Part shown: piece after piece, positions 1 through 8,266 of the stretch
Position numbering within the stretch: the first letter of the stretch is position 1
Layout: each line of letters opens with the position of its first letter
Source of the DNA: a virus
Taxonomy: Duplodnaviria; Caudoviricetes
Reading direction: 5' to 3' (one strand)
IMG/VR virus record: IMGVR_UViG_3300020120_000177
Coordinates: 1-32,590 of that record
DNA: 32,590 nucleotides
Position numbers and translations under genes: made by a program
Notes under the pieces: model-generated
Databases searched by the model: none
Told to the model about the DNA's origin: nothing
What the model saw: only the letters and a program-made list of their open reading frames with translations

Positions 1-1
1 C

Positions 2-301
2 GGGGCCGCCTGGGCCGCCTGGGCCGCCTGGGCCGCCGAGGCCGCCGAGGCCGCCGAGGCCGCCGAGGCCGCCTGGGCCGCCTGGGCCGCCTGGGCCGCC
101 GAGGCCGCCTGGGCCGCCGAGGCCGCCGGGGAAATCGACTGGTCCAAGGTCAAGACCATGGACTACTACGAGGCCAAGGAGTACTTCCGGCCGATCTTCC
201 GGCGCCACCTCGACGAGGCCCTCAAGGCCGAGATCGAGGCGTCGATCGCGGACACGATGGCGTGCCTCGACGCGATGCTCGACCTGCAGGTCGCGGCGTG
301 A
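2..301 (+). CDS. 5'-truncated phage protein with an Ala-Ala-Trp/Ala-Ala-Glu repeat tract
   Basis: Frame 2 is open: GAAWAAWAAWAAEAAE...GEIDWSKVKTMDYYEAKEYFRPIF...LQVAA*. The TGA at 299-301 overlaps the next GTG. Not in the ORF track because the start is outside the window. Confidence 0.8.
   Translation, partial: GAAWAAWAAWAAEAAEAAEAAEAAWAAWAAWAAEAAWAAEAAGEIDWSKVKTMDYYEAKEYFRPIFRRHLDEALKAEIEASIADTMACLDAMLDLQVAA
5..130 (+). repeat. 14 tandem 9-bp units GCCGCC(TGG/GAG/GGG)
   Basis: Read directly. Unit order by last codon is W W W E E E E W W W E W E G. Confidence 0.95.
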
Positions 302-789
302 TCCTCGCGATCGATCCGGGCTCCGAGCACTCGGCGTTCGTCGTGCTGAACCCAGCGACGGGCGGGCTTCGTTCGTTCGCGAAGATCCCGAACGAGGAGC
401 TCCTCGAGCAGCTCCGGACCGGCATCTCGCCCGAGGTCGACGTCGTCGTCATCGAGTGGATGCAGCCGCACGGCCGGCCGACGTCGCTCCAGGAGTTCGA
501 GACCCTCTACTGGATCGGCCGCTTCTCCGAGGCGGCCATCGGTGCGGGCTTCCGGGTCGAGCGCCTGGCGCGCGACGACGTGAAGTTCCACCTCACCGGC
601 CTGCGGGCGAAGGTCGGCGACGCGAACATCATCGCGGCGCTCATCGACCGCTACGGGGGGGTCGGCGGGCGCGCGGCCGCGGTCGGGACGAAGACGACGC
701 CGGGACCGCTCCACGGCGTGACGGCCGACATCTGGCAGGCGCTCGGCGTGGCCATCACGTGGTCCGACCAGCACGAGGAGGCCGCATGA
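298..789 (+). CDS. RuvC-like Holliday junction resolvase
   Basis: N-terminal ILAIDPG, VVVIE, and C-terminal ADIWQALGVA, typical of the RNase H/RuvC fold. GTGA-coupled start at 298. Confidence 0.8.
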   Translation: MILAIDPGSEHSAFVVLNPATGGLRSFAKIPNEELLEQLRTGISPEVDVVVIEWMQPHGRPTSLQEFETLYWIGRFSEAAIGAGFRVERLARDDVKFHLTGLRAKVGDANIIAALIDRYGGVGGRAAAVGTKTTPGPLHGVTADIWQALGVAITWSDQHEEAA

Positions 790-1271
790 CCCCGATCCGG
801 ACCCGCGCCTCGAACTTCGTCTACCGCGGGCCCACGCCGGACATCGGCGACGCCTGGGTCGAGCGCCAGCCGGCCGAGCGGGCGGTGATGCTGACGTGGA
901 AGCCGTCCGACGAGGAGCGCGCGGCCATCGCCGGCGGCGCGATGATCGAGCTCGGCATCTTCGGCATGGAGCCGATCCCGCCAGTCTCGGTCGGGGTCAG
1001 CCCGCACCGCGAGATCTCGGCCATGGGCGCGCACCTTCGCGACCTCGCCCTGGTCGAGCTCAAGAAGGTCAGCCACGGCCCGGGCAGCTTCCCGCCCGGT
1101 AGCTGGGTCATCAGCCCGGACGTGTGGGAGGACCTCCAGGCATCTGAGGCGCTCGATCCACCGGATGGCGTCCCGACACTGCTTGGGCGTCCGCTCCTCG
1201 TCGGATCGGATCTGGGCGAGTTGGCAGCCGGGACGATGTACTACAGCTCCGACCTCGGGGCGGGCCTGTGA
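786..1271 (+). CDS. Hypothetical protein: conserved-looking phage N-terminal domain plus a C-terminal segment resembling the HK97 capsid A-domain
   Basis: ATGA overlap with SD GAGGAGG upstream. WKPSDEERAAIAGGA..PPVSV, then WVISPDVWEDL...PTLLGRPLLV. Confidence 0.7.
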   Translation: MTPIRTRASNFVYRGPTPDIGDAWVERQPAERAVMLTWKPSDEERAAIAGGAMIELGIFGMEPIPPVSVGVSPHREISAMGAHLRDLALVELKKVSHGPGSFPPGSWVISPDVWEDLQASEALDPPDGVPTLLGRPLLVGSDLGELAAGTMYYSSDLGAGL

Positions 1272-1873
1272 AGCTCTACGTCGCGTCGTCCTGGCGGAAC
1301 GCCCACCAGCCGGGCATCGTCGCGGATCTCCGCGAGCTCGGGCACGAGGTCTATGACTTCCGCCACCCGCCGGGCGGCGAGCACCTCGGGTTCAGCTGGT
1401 CCGACGTCGACCGCGACTGGGTCAGCTGGTCGCCCGAGCAGTACCGGGACGGGCTCGAGCATCCAATCGCCGTCGCCGGGTTCGAGTCGGACTTCGGCGC
1501 GATGCAATGGGCCGACGGCTGCGTCCTCGTGCTTCCGTGCGGCCGCTCGGCGCACCTCGAGGCCGGCTGGTTCGTCGGCGCCGGCAAGCCGCTGTGGATC
1601 CTGCTCGACCCGGGTGAGTTCGGCGTCGACGCCGGCCACCACGTCACCGAGCTCATGTATCGAATGGCCACCGGCGTCTGCACCGGCCTCGACGAGCTCG
1701 TCGACGCGATCGCGGCTCATCGGTGCGCGTACTGCAAAGGCCGGCGCTGGGTCAACGACGAGAACTGGCAGCCCGACGACCCCCGCGATCCACGCCGTTC
1801 GCCGCATGACGGGCTTCTCCCCTGCGACGGCTGCAACTTCGCCGGCTGGGACACCGCGGAGTGGGCGGCGTGA
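1268..1873 (+). CDS. Nucleoside 2-deoxyribosyltransferase-like protein with a C-terminal Zn ribbon
   Basis: KLYVASSWRN; DFGAMQWADGCVLVLPCGRSAHLEAGWFVGAGKP; C-terminal CAYC...CDGC. Confidence 0.75.
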   Translation: MKLYVASSWRNAHQPGIVADLRELGHEVYDFRHPPGGEHLGFSWSDVDRDWVSWSPEQYRDGLEHPIAVAGFESDFGAMQWADGCVLVLPCGRSAHLEAGWFVGAGKPLWILLDPGEFGVDAGHHVTELMYRMATGVCTGLDELVDAIAAHRCAYCKGRRWVNDENWQPDDPRDPRRSPHDGLLPCDGCNFAGWDTAEWAA

Positions 1874-2085
1874 CCGCCGATCGACCGCTGACGCCGGCCC
1901 AGCAGCGCCGGTGCGACAAGGAGCTCGCCCAGCTCGAGCGCGACATCGCGGACCTCGAGGCGACGACACACCTCCTGATGACGAGCGCGCTGCTGCGCGA
2001 TGGCCACGCCGAAACCTGGAACGAGGCGTCGAAGCTGGCGCGCGATCTGCCGCGAGTCCGTGAGCTCTACGGGATCGAGCCGTGA
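1870..2085 (+). CDS. Hypothetical coiled-coil protein
   Basis: GTGA-coupled at both ends; helical sequence. Confidence 0.65.
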   Translation: MTADRPLTPAQQRRCDKELAQLERDIADLEATTHLLMTSALLRDGHAETWNEASKLARDLPRVRELYGIEP

Positions 2086-3788
2086 CCCCGGTCCTGAGCG
2101 CCGAGATCATCGCGAACCACGTAGGCATCCTGGGCAAGACCGGATCCGGCAAGAGCAACCTCGCGAAGGTCATCGCCGAGCAGCTGCTGGCCGCCGGCGA
2201 GCGCGTGGTCGTCCTCGATCCGACGGGCACCTGGTATGGCCTCCGGCTGACGCGGGCGCGGAAGCCGAGCCCGTTCAAGGTCGTGATCTTCGGCGGGGCC
2301 CATGGCGACATCCCGATCGCCGCTCACCACGGCGAGGAAATCGCCGCGGCGCTGGCTCGCTCGTCGACGAGCGCGATCATCGACACGCGCCAGCTCACGG
2401 TGAAGGGCCGGACGACGTTCGCGACCGGCTTCGCCGAGACGCTCCTGCAGCGCAACGTCGGCGTGCTCTACGTCATCGTCGACGAGGCGCATCTCTTCGC
2501 GCCGCAGGGCAAGGTGCCGGATCCGGACGCCGGCAAGATGCTCCACGCCTGGAACAACCTCGCGAGCCTCGGCCGGGGCGTCGGGCTCGTCCTCATCCTC
2601 ATCAGTCAGCGGCCCGCGAAGCTCCACAAGGACTCGCTGACCCAGATCGAGACGCTGATTGCCATGCGGCTGATCGGCCCGCAGGACCGTGCCGCGATCC
2701 GTGAGTGGATCCGCGAGTCCGCCGACGAGGCGCAGGGCGCCGAGATCATGCGCTCGCTGGTGTCGCTGCCGACCGGCACTGGCTGGGTGTGGTCGCCGGC
2801 ACTCGACGTCCTCGAGAAGCGCTCGTTCCCGCTCGCGTCGACGCTCGACACCGGAACGCCCTCGGCCGCGCCGGATGTCGTCCTCGGGCCCATCGACGTC
2901 GACGCCATCCGCGCCCAGCTCGGAAAGGTCGAAGAGGAGCGCAAGGCGAACGACCCGACCGAGCTTCGGAAGCAGATCGCAGCGCTCAAGCATCAGCTCG
3001 AGCAGCGCCCGACCGAGCAGGTCGTCGAGACCGTCGAGAAGATCGTCGAGATCCCGGTCCTCAATGGTCAGGTCCACGAGCTCACGGCCCGGGCGCGCGA
3101 CCTGCAGGCCCTCAGCGCGTCGATCGCGCTGACGAGCCAAGAGATCCTCGCGGCCATCGACCGTGTTCAGCAGACCCCAACCAGGGAGCGGGAGGAGCGA
3201 GCGCCAAGGGGTGTGCCGGCTGTACCGGCCCGCGGCCGCGGCGACACTGCGGTGGCAACGCTCGCACCGGCGGCTCCGCGCCGTGATCCCGCTCCCGCTT
3301 CGCCCGCTCCCGCTTCGCCCGATTGTGACCCGAAGACCCTGACCAAAGTCCAGCGAGCGGTCCTGAGCGTCCTCGCGCACTTCCCCGAGGGCCGCAGCCC
3401 GAAGCAGATCGCGGTGATGACCGGCTACGCGGTGGGCGGGTCGACGATGCGCACCACGATCGGAGGGCTCCGAACAGCGGGCTTTGCGACGCCTGCAGGG
3501 ATCGAGCCCGTCCAGATCACCGCTGCGGGCCGCGAGGCGCTGGGCGACTACGAGCCGCTCCCCACGGGGCCTGACCTCGCCGCGTACTGGATGGGCCAGC
3601 TGCCGGCCGGAGCGCGAAACGTGCTCCAGGCGCTCCTCGCGGCCCATCCGCGAACTCTCGACCAGCTGGCGCTCGCCGAGATAACGGGATACGCCGCAGG
3701 TGGTTCGACGATGCGGACGGCGCTCGGCCGGCTGCGGACGCTCGAGCTCATCGACGGGTTCACCGTCAGTCCAGAGCTGCTCGCATGA
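2082..3788 (+). CDS. HerA/FtsK-like (DUF87-type) P-loop ATPase with a coiled coil and two C-terminal winged-helix-like repeats
   Basis: HVGILGKTGSGKS (Walker A), VLDPTG, VIVDEAHLFAPQ (Walker B), GRGVG, ISQRPA; duplicated TGYAxGGSTMRT. Confidence 0.85.
   Translation: MTPVLSAEIIANHVGILGKTGSGKSNLAKVIAEQLLAAGERVVVLDPTGTWYGLRLTRARKPSPFKVVIFGGAHGDIPIAAHHGEEIAAALARSSTSAIIDTRQLTVKGRTTFATGFAETLLQRNVGVLYVIVDEAHLFAPQGKVPDPDAGKMLHAWNNLASLGRGVGLVLILISQRPAKLHKDSLTQIETLIAMRLIGPQDRAAIREWIRESADEAQGAEIMRSLVSLPTGTGWVWSPALDVLEKRSFPLASTLDTGTPSAAPDVVLGPIDVDAIRAQLGKVEEERKANDPTELRKQIAALKHQLEQRPTEQVVETVEKIVEIPVLNGQVHELTARARDLQALSASIALTSQEILAAIDRVQQTPTREREERAPRGVPAVPARGRGDTAVATLAPAAPRRDPAPASPAPASPDCDPKTLTKVQRAVLSVLAHFPEGRSPKQIAVMTGYAVGGSTMRTTIGGLRTAGFATPAGIEPVQITAAGREALGDYEPLPTGPDLAAYWMGQLPAGARNVLQALLAAHPRTLDQLALAEITGYAAGGSTMRTALGRLRTLELIDGFTVSPELLA
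3288..3321 (+). repeat. 15-bp tandem duplication CCCGCTCCCGCTTCG (PAPAS x2) in the ATPase linker
   Basis: Read directly at 3288-3302 and 3303-3317. Confidence 0.85.
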
Positions 3789-4270
3789 ACGGTCTGCTCC
3801 TCGACGACGGCGCTTGGCGGCGCGCGCTGGACGGCGATCCGGAGGGCCTCGCGATCTACCGGCGCCACTACTCCCGCCGGCGCTATCGCGATGGTCGGCA
3901 GCCGCGGCTGTTCGTCGGGCCCGGCGAGAAGCAGGTCCTCGTCTCGCACGATGGTCGCGCCCTGTTCGTCTGGCGGAGGTTCGTCGACGACGCCGGCCAG
4001 GAGGGCGTCAACTGCGCGGCGTTCCGGAACGAGGGCGCCGGCCTGAGCTCGAGCCTCATCGCGGAGGCGATGGCGATCGCGTGGGCGCGCTGGCCGGGCG
4101 AGCGGCTGTACACGTACGTCGACGCCGCTGAGGTTCGGAGCTCGAACCCGGGCTATTGCTTCCTGGTCGCAGGTTGGCGTCCGGCCGGCTGGACTCGGGG
4201 GGGGCACGGCCGACGATCGCTCAGGATCCTCGAGGCGCTCCCGGCGTGGTTCGCCGAGGCGGCCGCATGA
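3785..4270 (+). CDS. Mom-like (GNAT-fold) putative DNA-modification protein
   Basis: RRHYS near the N-terminus; SSSLI; LYTYVD...NPGYCFLVAGW, resembling the Mom-family TY-D...G..y.aAgW motif. Adjacent to a methyltransferase. Confidence 0.6.
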   Translation: MNGLLLDDGAWRRALDGDPEGLAIYRRHYSRRRYRDGRQPRLFVGPGEKQVLVSHDGRALFVWRRFVDDAGQEGVNCAAFRNEGAGLSSSLIAEAMAIAWARWPGERLYTYVDAAEVRSSNPGYCFLVAGWRPAGWTRGGHGRRSLRILEALPAWFAEAAA

Positions 4271-5334
4271 GCATCGTCATCGCCGACGAGTGGATGACCG
4301 TCCATCACGGCGACGCCCGGGCCGTCCTGCCGACCCTGGAGCCCGAGTCGATCGACGCGTGCGTCACGAGCCCGCCGTACTGGCGCCAGCGGTCGTACTT
4401 GGCGGCCGACGATCCGCTCAAACCACTCGAGCTTGGGTCAGAGGAGACGTTCGACGAGTGGGTCGCGAACCTCGTCGAGGTCTGTGCCGGGATCCGCCGC
4501 GTCCTGAAGCCCGCCGGCTCGCTGTGGCTCGTCCTGGGCGATCGCTTTGTGGCCAACGGCGACCCGTACGCACACCCGGCCGTCAACCGCTCGGCCTTCC
4601 ACGCTGGCGCGTTCGCTCGCCACGTGCCGGCGCGCAAGGGGATCCAGGGCTTCCCACCTGGTCTCCGCCGGAAGAGCCTCCTGCTCGCCCCGTATCGACT
4701 CGCGATCGCGCTGTGCGAGGACGGCTGGATCCTCCGCGATCGCGTCGTGTGGGCGAAGACCAACGGCCTCCCCGAGAGCGTCCAGGACCGGCTGCACGTC
4801 CGCGACGAGGTCATCTTCCGGTTCACGCTGCGCGAGCGCGCCTACTTCGACGTCGACGCGATCCGCGAGCCCTACGCGATCGCCTCGATCGTCCGGGCCC
4901 AGCCTGGCCGGGCGGCCACATTCGCCGGCGCGAAGCACGCCGCGCCTGGGCAGCCGCCACGGACCCCGAAGGTCTGGACGGGAGACGAGGGCGATCGCCA
5001 TCGCGTCGAGTGGATGCGTGTGGGTCGCGTCCGGACCGGCAAGAAGGTTCCTGGCAAGAACCCGGGCAACGTCTGGCCGGTGGCTACGGCGGCCGGAGGC
5101 GGCTCGCCCTACGCCCACTTCGCGATGTTCCCGAAGGCGCTCGTTCGCCGGCCCATCCTCGCGACGGTGCCCGTCGGCGGCGTTGTGCTGGATCCGTTCG
5201 CCGGCACGGGGACCACGGCCGAGGTTGCGAACGAGCACCTCCGGCGCGCCGTCCTCATCGAGCTCGATCCAGCGTCGATTGAGCACATCCGGATCCGCAC
5301 GCAGCGGCGCCCGATCGTTGAGGTCCCGGCGTGA
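4267..5334 (+). CDS. DNA N4-cytosine/N6-adenine methyltransferase, beta class
   Basis: Motif IV VTSPPY comes before HFAMFP and motif I VLDPFAGTGTT; ATGA-coupled start. Confidence 0.92.
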   Translation: MSIVIADEWMTVHHGDARAVLPTLEPESIDACVTSPPYWRQRSYLAADDPLKPLELGSEETFDEWVANLVEVCAGIRRVLKPAGSLWLVLGDRFVANGDPYAHPAVNRSAFHAGAFARHVPARKGIQGFPPGLRRKSLLLAPYRLAIALCEDGWILRDRVVWAKTNGLPESVQDRLHVRDEVIFRFTLRERAYFDVDAIREPYAIASIVRAQPGRAATFAGAKHAAPGQPPRTPKVWTGDEGDRHRVEWMRVGRVRTGKKVPGKNPGNVWPVATAAGGGSPYAHFAMFPKALVRRPILATVPVGGVVLDPFAGTGTTAEVANEHLRRAVLIELDPASIEHIRIRTQRRPIVEVPA

Positions 5335-5495
5335 CGAAGCGCCTCGCGATCGCCGCGGCCCTCGGCTTCATCGGCGGCGTCGTCACCATGGCCCAGGTCC
5401 TCGATCGCCTCCTCGGCGGCCAAGGGATCCGGATCCGGGTCCGCCACGAGCACCCGACCCTCGACGACGAGCCTGGTGGCGGGTGGCAGTCGTGA
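5331..5495 (+). CDS. Small protein (54 aa) with an N-terminal hydrophobic helix
   Basis: MTKRLAIAAALGFIGGVVTMAQVLDRLLGGQG...; GTGA overlaps at both ends; below the ORF-track cutoff. Confidence 0.65.
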   Translation: MTKRLAIAAALGFIGGVVTMAQVLDRLLGGQGIRIRVRHEHPTLDDEPGGGWQS

Positions 5496-5776
5496 GCTTG
5501 GATCGGATCACCGGCCTCCGCATCCGGACCAGCCTGTTGGGCAGCGGCTCGTCGCTGGAGTTCGTTGACCAGGTGCCGGTCCGCTTCGAGACGCGCCCCA
5601 ACGACGACGGCACGATCGACGAGGTGCTCGTCTACGCCGGCGATCGCTGCTTGCTCCATCTCGAGCAGTTGGGCAAGGACCACTACTGGTTCGCGTGGTA
5701 CGGGGACGGCCCCGATGCCGAGCGGCACTTCAACATCGCCCGTCGCAAGAAGCGGGTCGAGATCACCGAGCGATGA
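5492..5776 (+). CDS. Hypothetical protein
   Basis: MSLDRITGLRIRTS...DGTIDEV...LHLEQLGKDHYWFAWY; coupled start and stop. Confidence 0.7.
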   Translation: MSLDRITGLRIRTSLLGSGSSLEFVDQVPVRFETRPNDDGTIDEVLVYAGDRCLLHLEQLGKDHYWFAWYGDGPDAERHFNIARRKKRVEITER

Positions 5777-5973
5777 GCGGTCGGTTCGAGCGCCTGCACC
5801 GTGAGCCTCGCCGGCTGACCGACGGCGAGAAGCTCCGGATCACGCTCGCTGGCGCCGCGCTGCTGATTGCCCTCGAGCTCTGGTGGGGCGAGCGCCTGGG
5901 ATTCGGGCTCGGACTCGTCGCCGGCTGGGTTCTCGCCGAGCTCAACCGCTGGTTGGAGCGGCGTGGTGGCTGA
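5773..5973 (+). CDS. Small membrane protein (2 TM)
   Basis: ITLAGAALLIALELWW and LGFGLGLVAGWVLAEL; ATGA-coupled. Confidence 0.7.
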   Translation: MSGRFERLHREPRRLTDGEKLRITLAGAALLIALELWWGERLGFGLGLVAGWVLAELNRWLERRGG

Positions 5974-6124
5974 GACGCGCGGCCGCTCTCTCAGCCGCCT
6001 CGAGCTCGTCCTCCTGCGAGCCCTCGAGGAAGCAGCCGAGGCGCGCCGTCGACGATCAATCGAGCGGGCCGAGCGGCGTGCGAAGATGACGGTCGTGGCG
6101 GGCGGTAGGAGGAGCGCGGCATGA
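5966..6124 (+). CDS. Small basic helical protein
   Basis: MAETRGRSLSRLELVLLRALEEAAEARRRRS...; fills the gap and its stop overlaps the next ATG. Confidence 0.55.
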   Translation: MAETRGRSLSRLELVLLRALEEAAEARRRRSIERAERRAKMTVVAGGRRSAA

Positions 6125-6375
6125 TGTGGGCCGCTGACGGCGCGTTCTGGCAGCGCTTCCTGCTGTGGTCGATCGACCCCGCCGCTCAGGCCACCTACTC
6201 GATGGCGCGTCTCGGCCGACAAATGCGCCGAGCGGCCGCCGCGATCGCTGCGTTCGGTGTCTCGATCGCGGACCTCGAGCCCGCGTTTCGGCGAATGGCC
6301 GACGGCCTGCCGATCACCGCGGCCGACGCGACCGCCCACCTGAGTCGCCCTGACGATCGACAGCCTCGAGCTTGA
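6121..6375 (+). CDS. Hypothetical protein
   Basis: Strong SD AGGAGGAG; coupled to the recombinase start. Confidence 0.65.
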   Translation: MMWAADGAFWQRFLLWSIDPAAQATYSMARLGRQMRRAAAAIAAFGVSIADLEPAFRRMADGLPITAADATAHLSRPDDRQPRA

Positions 6376-7925
6376 TGCGTCTGCCGCGCTCCCTCGACGA
6401 GCTCCAAGGCCTCCGCGCCGCGCGCTGGATCCGCGAGTCGACGGCGGGCCAGGCTGATCGGTTCGGGCCCGATGCCCAACGCGATCACCAGGACCGGGCG
6501 ATCGAGCGCTACGGCCTCGTCGACACCGGGCTCGCTTGGCAGGTCGCCCACTCCGGCCGGACGATCGCGACGACGTCGCAGTGGGCGGAGATGCTCGCTG
6601 GCGCCGGGCGCAGCTGGGACGTCCTCGTCGTCGGGTACGTCAGTCGCTTCGCCCGCGACCTCCGGACCGCGGTCAACGCCCGCCACGACCTGCACGCCGC
6701 CGGCGCCGCGATCCTGTTCGCCGACGAGCGCCTGCTGACAAGCGACGAGGAGGCGTGGGAGGGCTGGGCTCGGGAGGCGGTCGAGGCAGAGGCGTACTCT
6801 AGGCGGCTTGGCAAGCGGATCCGCGAGGGCTACGCCGCGAAGCGCCGGCGGCTCGCGGATCCCGGCGGCCACCCGCCGTTCGGCTTCCGGCGCTCCGGCC
6901 AGGACCACGTCCTCGAGCCCGTGGCAGAAACCGCTCACATTGTGAGCAGGGCCTTCCAGCTGGCCGCCGCCGGTGAGCCTGACCGGGCGATCGCCGGTGA
7001 GCTCGGGATCGGCCTCTACACGGTCCGCGAGATGCTCCGGTCGCCGCTCTATGTCGGCCGTCTGCGCGATGGCACCGCGGCGCGATACGAGGCGCCCGTC
7101 GACGAGGCCCTCTGGGAGCAGGTCCAGGAGCTTCGCGATCGCCGGCACACGCGCTCCGGCCGGCCTGGCAAGGCCCGGACGTATGCGCTGTCGATGCTCC
7201 GCTGCGGCGCGTGCGGCCGGCGGCTCCATGGCGACACGGGGCGGTACCGACACCCCGACGTCTGCCCGGAGTTCGCCGCGGCCGCGCCGGCGCTCAAGCG
7301 TCGAGCTCGTGGCCAGCATCGGACGCCGCTCGGTCGGAGCTACCCGGCGGACGTCTACGAGGGCGCGTTCCGGGCGATGCTGGCGAAGGTGTCGCTCGGC
7401 GCCGATGCGGTGGCCCGCCTTGTCGCGGCGACCCGCGAGCCCGAGCCAGATCGCCTGATGCTCGCCCGGCTCGAGCGCGAACGCGATGCCGCCCTGGCCC
7501 GGTACCGGAAGGATCGCGACCAGGTCGCGCTCACCGCGGCGATGGCGAGGATCGATGCCGCCGAGCACGCGGCGCGGAACGCTCCGGCCACGCCGGCGTT
7601 GACCGCGGCCGAGGTGCGGGCCTACCTCACGAACCTGCCGGCGCTCTGGGACGACGCGCCGAACCAGCGTCGCGCGCTGAGTGAAGCCCTCGCCCAGCAG
7701 ATCGAGGTCATCGGGATCCGCACCATCCGGGTGACGCCGACGCCCGAGGCGATCGAGAGAGGCTTCGTGGAGGCATTCCGAACGGGAACAGTTGGGAATG
7801 GTCGGGGCGAGAGGCGTGGAGCCCTCGATTCCCGGCTGATCCTGTCCATCGTACCCGGGGTTGAGACGCGCCTGTCCGTCGTCCTCCCGCGGCGCGCGCC
7901 GCTCCGAATCCTGCGGTCCGCATGA
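6372..7925 (+). CDS. int: Large serine recombinase (integrase)
   Basis: Catalytic WIRESTAGQ, HSGR, SRFARD; recombinase domain GGHPPFGF...LRSPLYVG...APVDEALWEQVQ; Zn ribbon LRCGACGRRLHG; coiled coil. Start is TTG 6372 or ATG 6375. Confidence 0.93.
   Translation: MMRLPRSLDELQGLRAARWIRESTAGQADRFGPDAQRDHQDRAIERYGLVDTGLAWQVAHSGRTIATTSQWAEMLAGAGRSWDVLVVGYVSRFARDLRTAVNARHDLHAAGAAILFADERLLTSDEEAWEGWAREAVEAEAYSRRLGKRIREGYAAKRRRLADPGGHPPFGFRRSGQDHVLEPVAETAHIVSRAFQLAAAGEPDRAIAGELGIGLYTVREMLRSPLYVGRLRDGTAARYEAPVDEALWEQVQELRDRRHTRSGRPGKARTYALSMLRCGACGRRLHGDTGRYRHPDVCPEFAAAAPALKRRARGQHRTPLGRSYPADVYEGAFRAMLAKVSLGADAVARLVAATREPEPDRLMLARLERERDAALARYRKDRDQVALTAAMARIDAAEHAARNAPATPALTAAEVRAYLTNLPALWDDAPNQRRALSEALAQQIEVIGIRTIRVTPTPEAIERGFVEAFRTGTVGNGRGERRGALDSRLILSIVPGVETRLSVVLPRRAPLRILRSA
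7782..7845. other. Putative attP inside int; crossover at GG 7813-7814; targets the 3' end of a tRNA-Pro gene
   Basis: Arms 7782-7799 and 7828-7845 are inverted repeats (14/18) centred at 7813.5. The - strand of 7799-7814 reads CCTCTCGCCCCGACCA: T-stem 3' strand, acceptor strand, discriminator A and CCA. Confidence 0.8.
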
Positions 7926-8266
7926 CCCCTCGCCGGATCCAGCGCCAACGCACTCGCGGCTGGCGGATGCCCGAGAACACGATCTACGTCGGCCGCCCGA
8001 CCATCTACGGCAACCCGTGGCCGCTCGACGTCTACCGGCGCGAGTTCGCCTACTACTTCGCCGACGAGGACGAGCTCCGCCGGTATGCGCTCCGCGAATA
8101 CCGCGGCTGGATCACCGGCGAAATCCAGGCCAAGCTGCCGATGCTCGAACTCCCGGAGCGGCCCGATCTCACGCCGCTCCGCGGTCGCAACCTCGCGTGC
8201 TGGTGCCCAGACGGGCAGCCCTGCCACGCCGACATCCTGCTCGAGCTGGCCAACCGGGCCGCGTGA
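7922..8266 (+). CDS. DUF4326-family protein
   Basis: IYVGRPTIYGNPW ... LRGRNLACWC...PCHADILLELAN. Confidence 0.88.
   Translation: MTPRRIQRQRTRGWRMPENTIYVGRPTIYGNPWPLDVYRREFAYYFADEDELRRYALREYRGWITGEIQAKLPMLELPERPDLTPLRGRNLACWCPDGQPCHADILLELANRAA

Noticed and set aside
1-130. Repeat array as a CRISPR array
   Set aside because: 9-bp tandem units with no unique spacers, in frame within a CDS; no cas genes.
7799-7814. A complete tRNA gene on the - strand
   Set aside because: Only the last 16 nt match. There is no TTCG T-loop, anticodon arm or D arm upstream, so it is treated as an att core.
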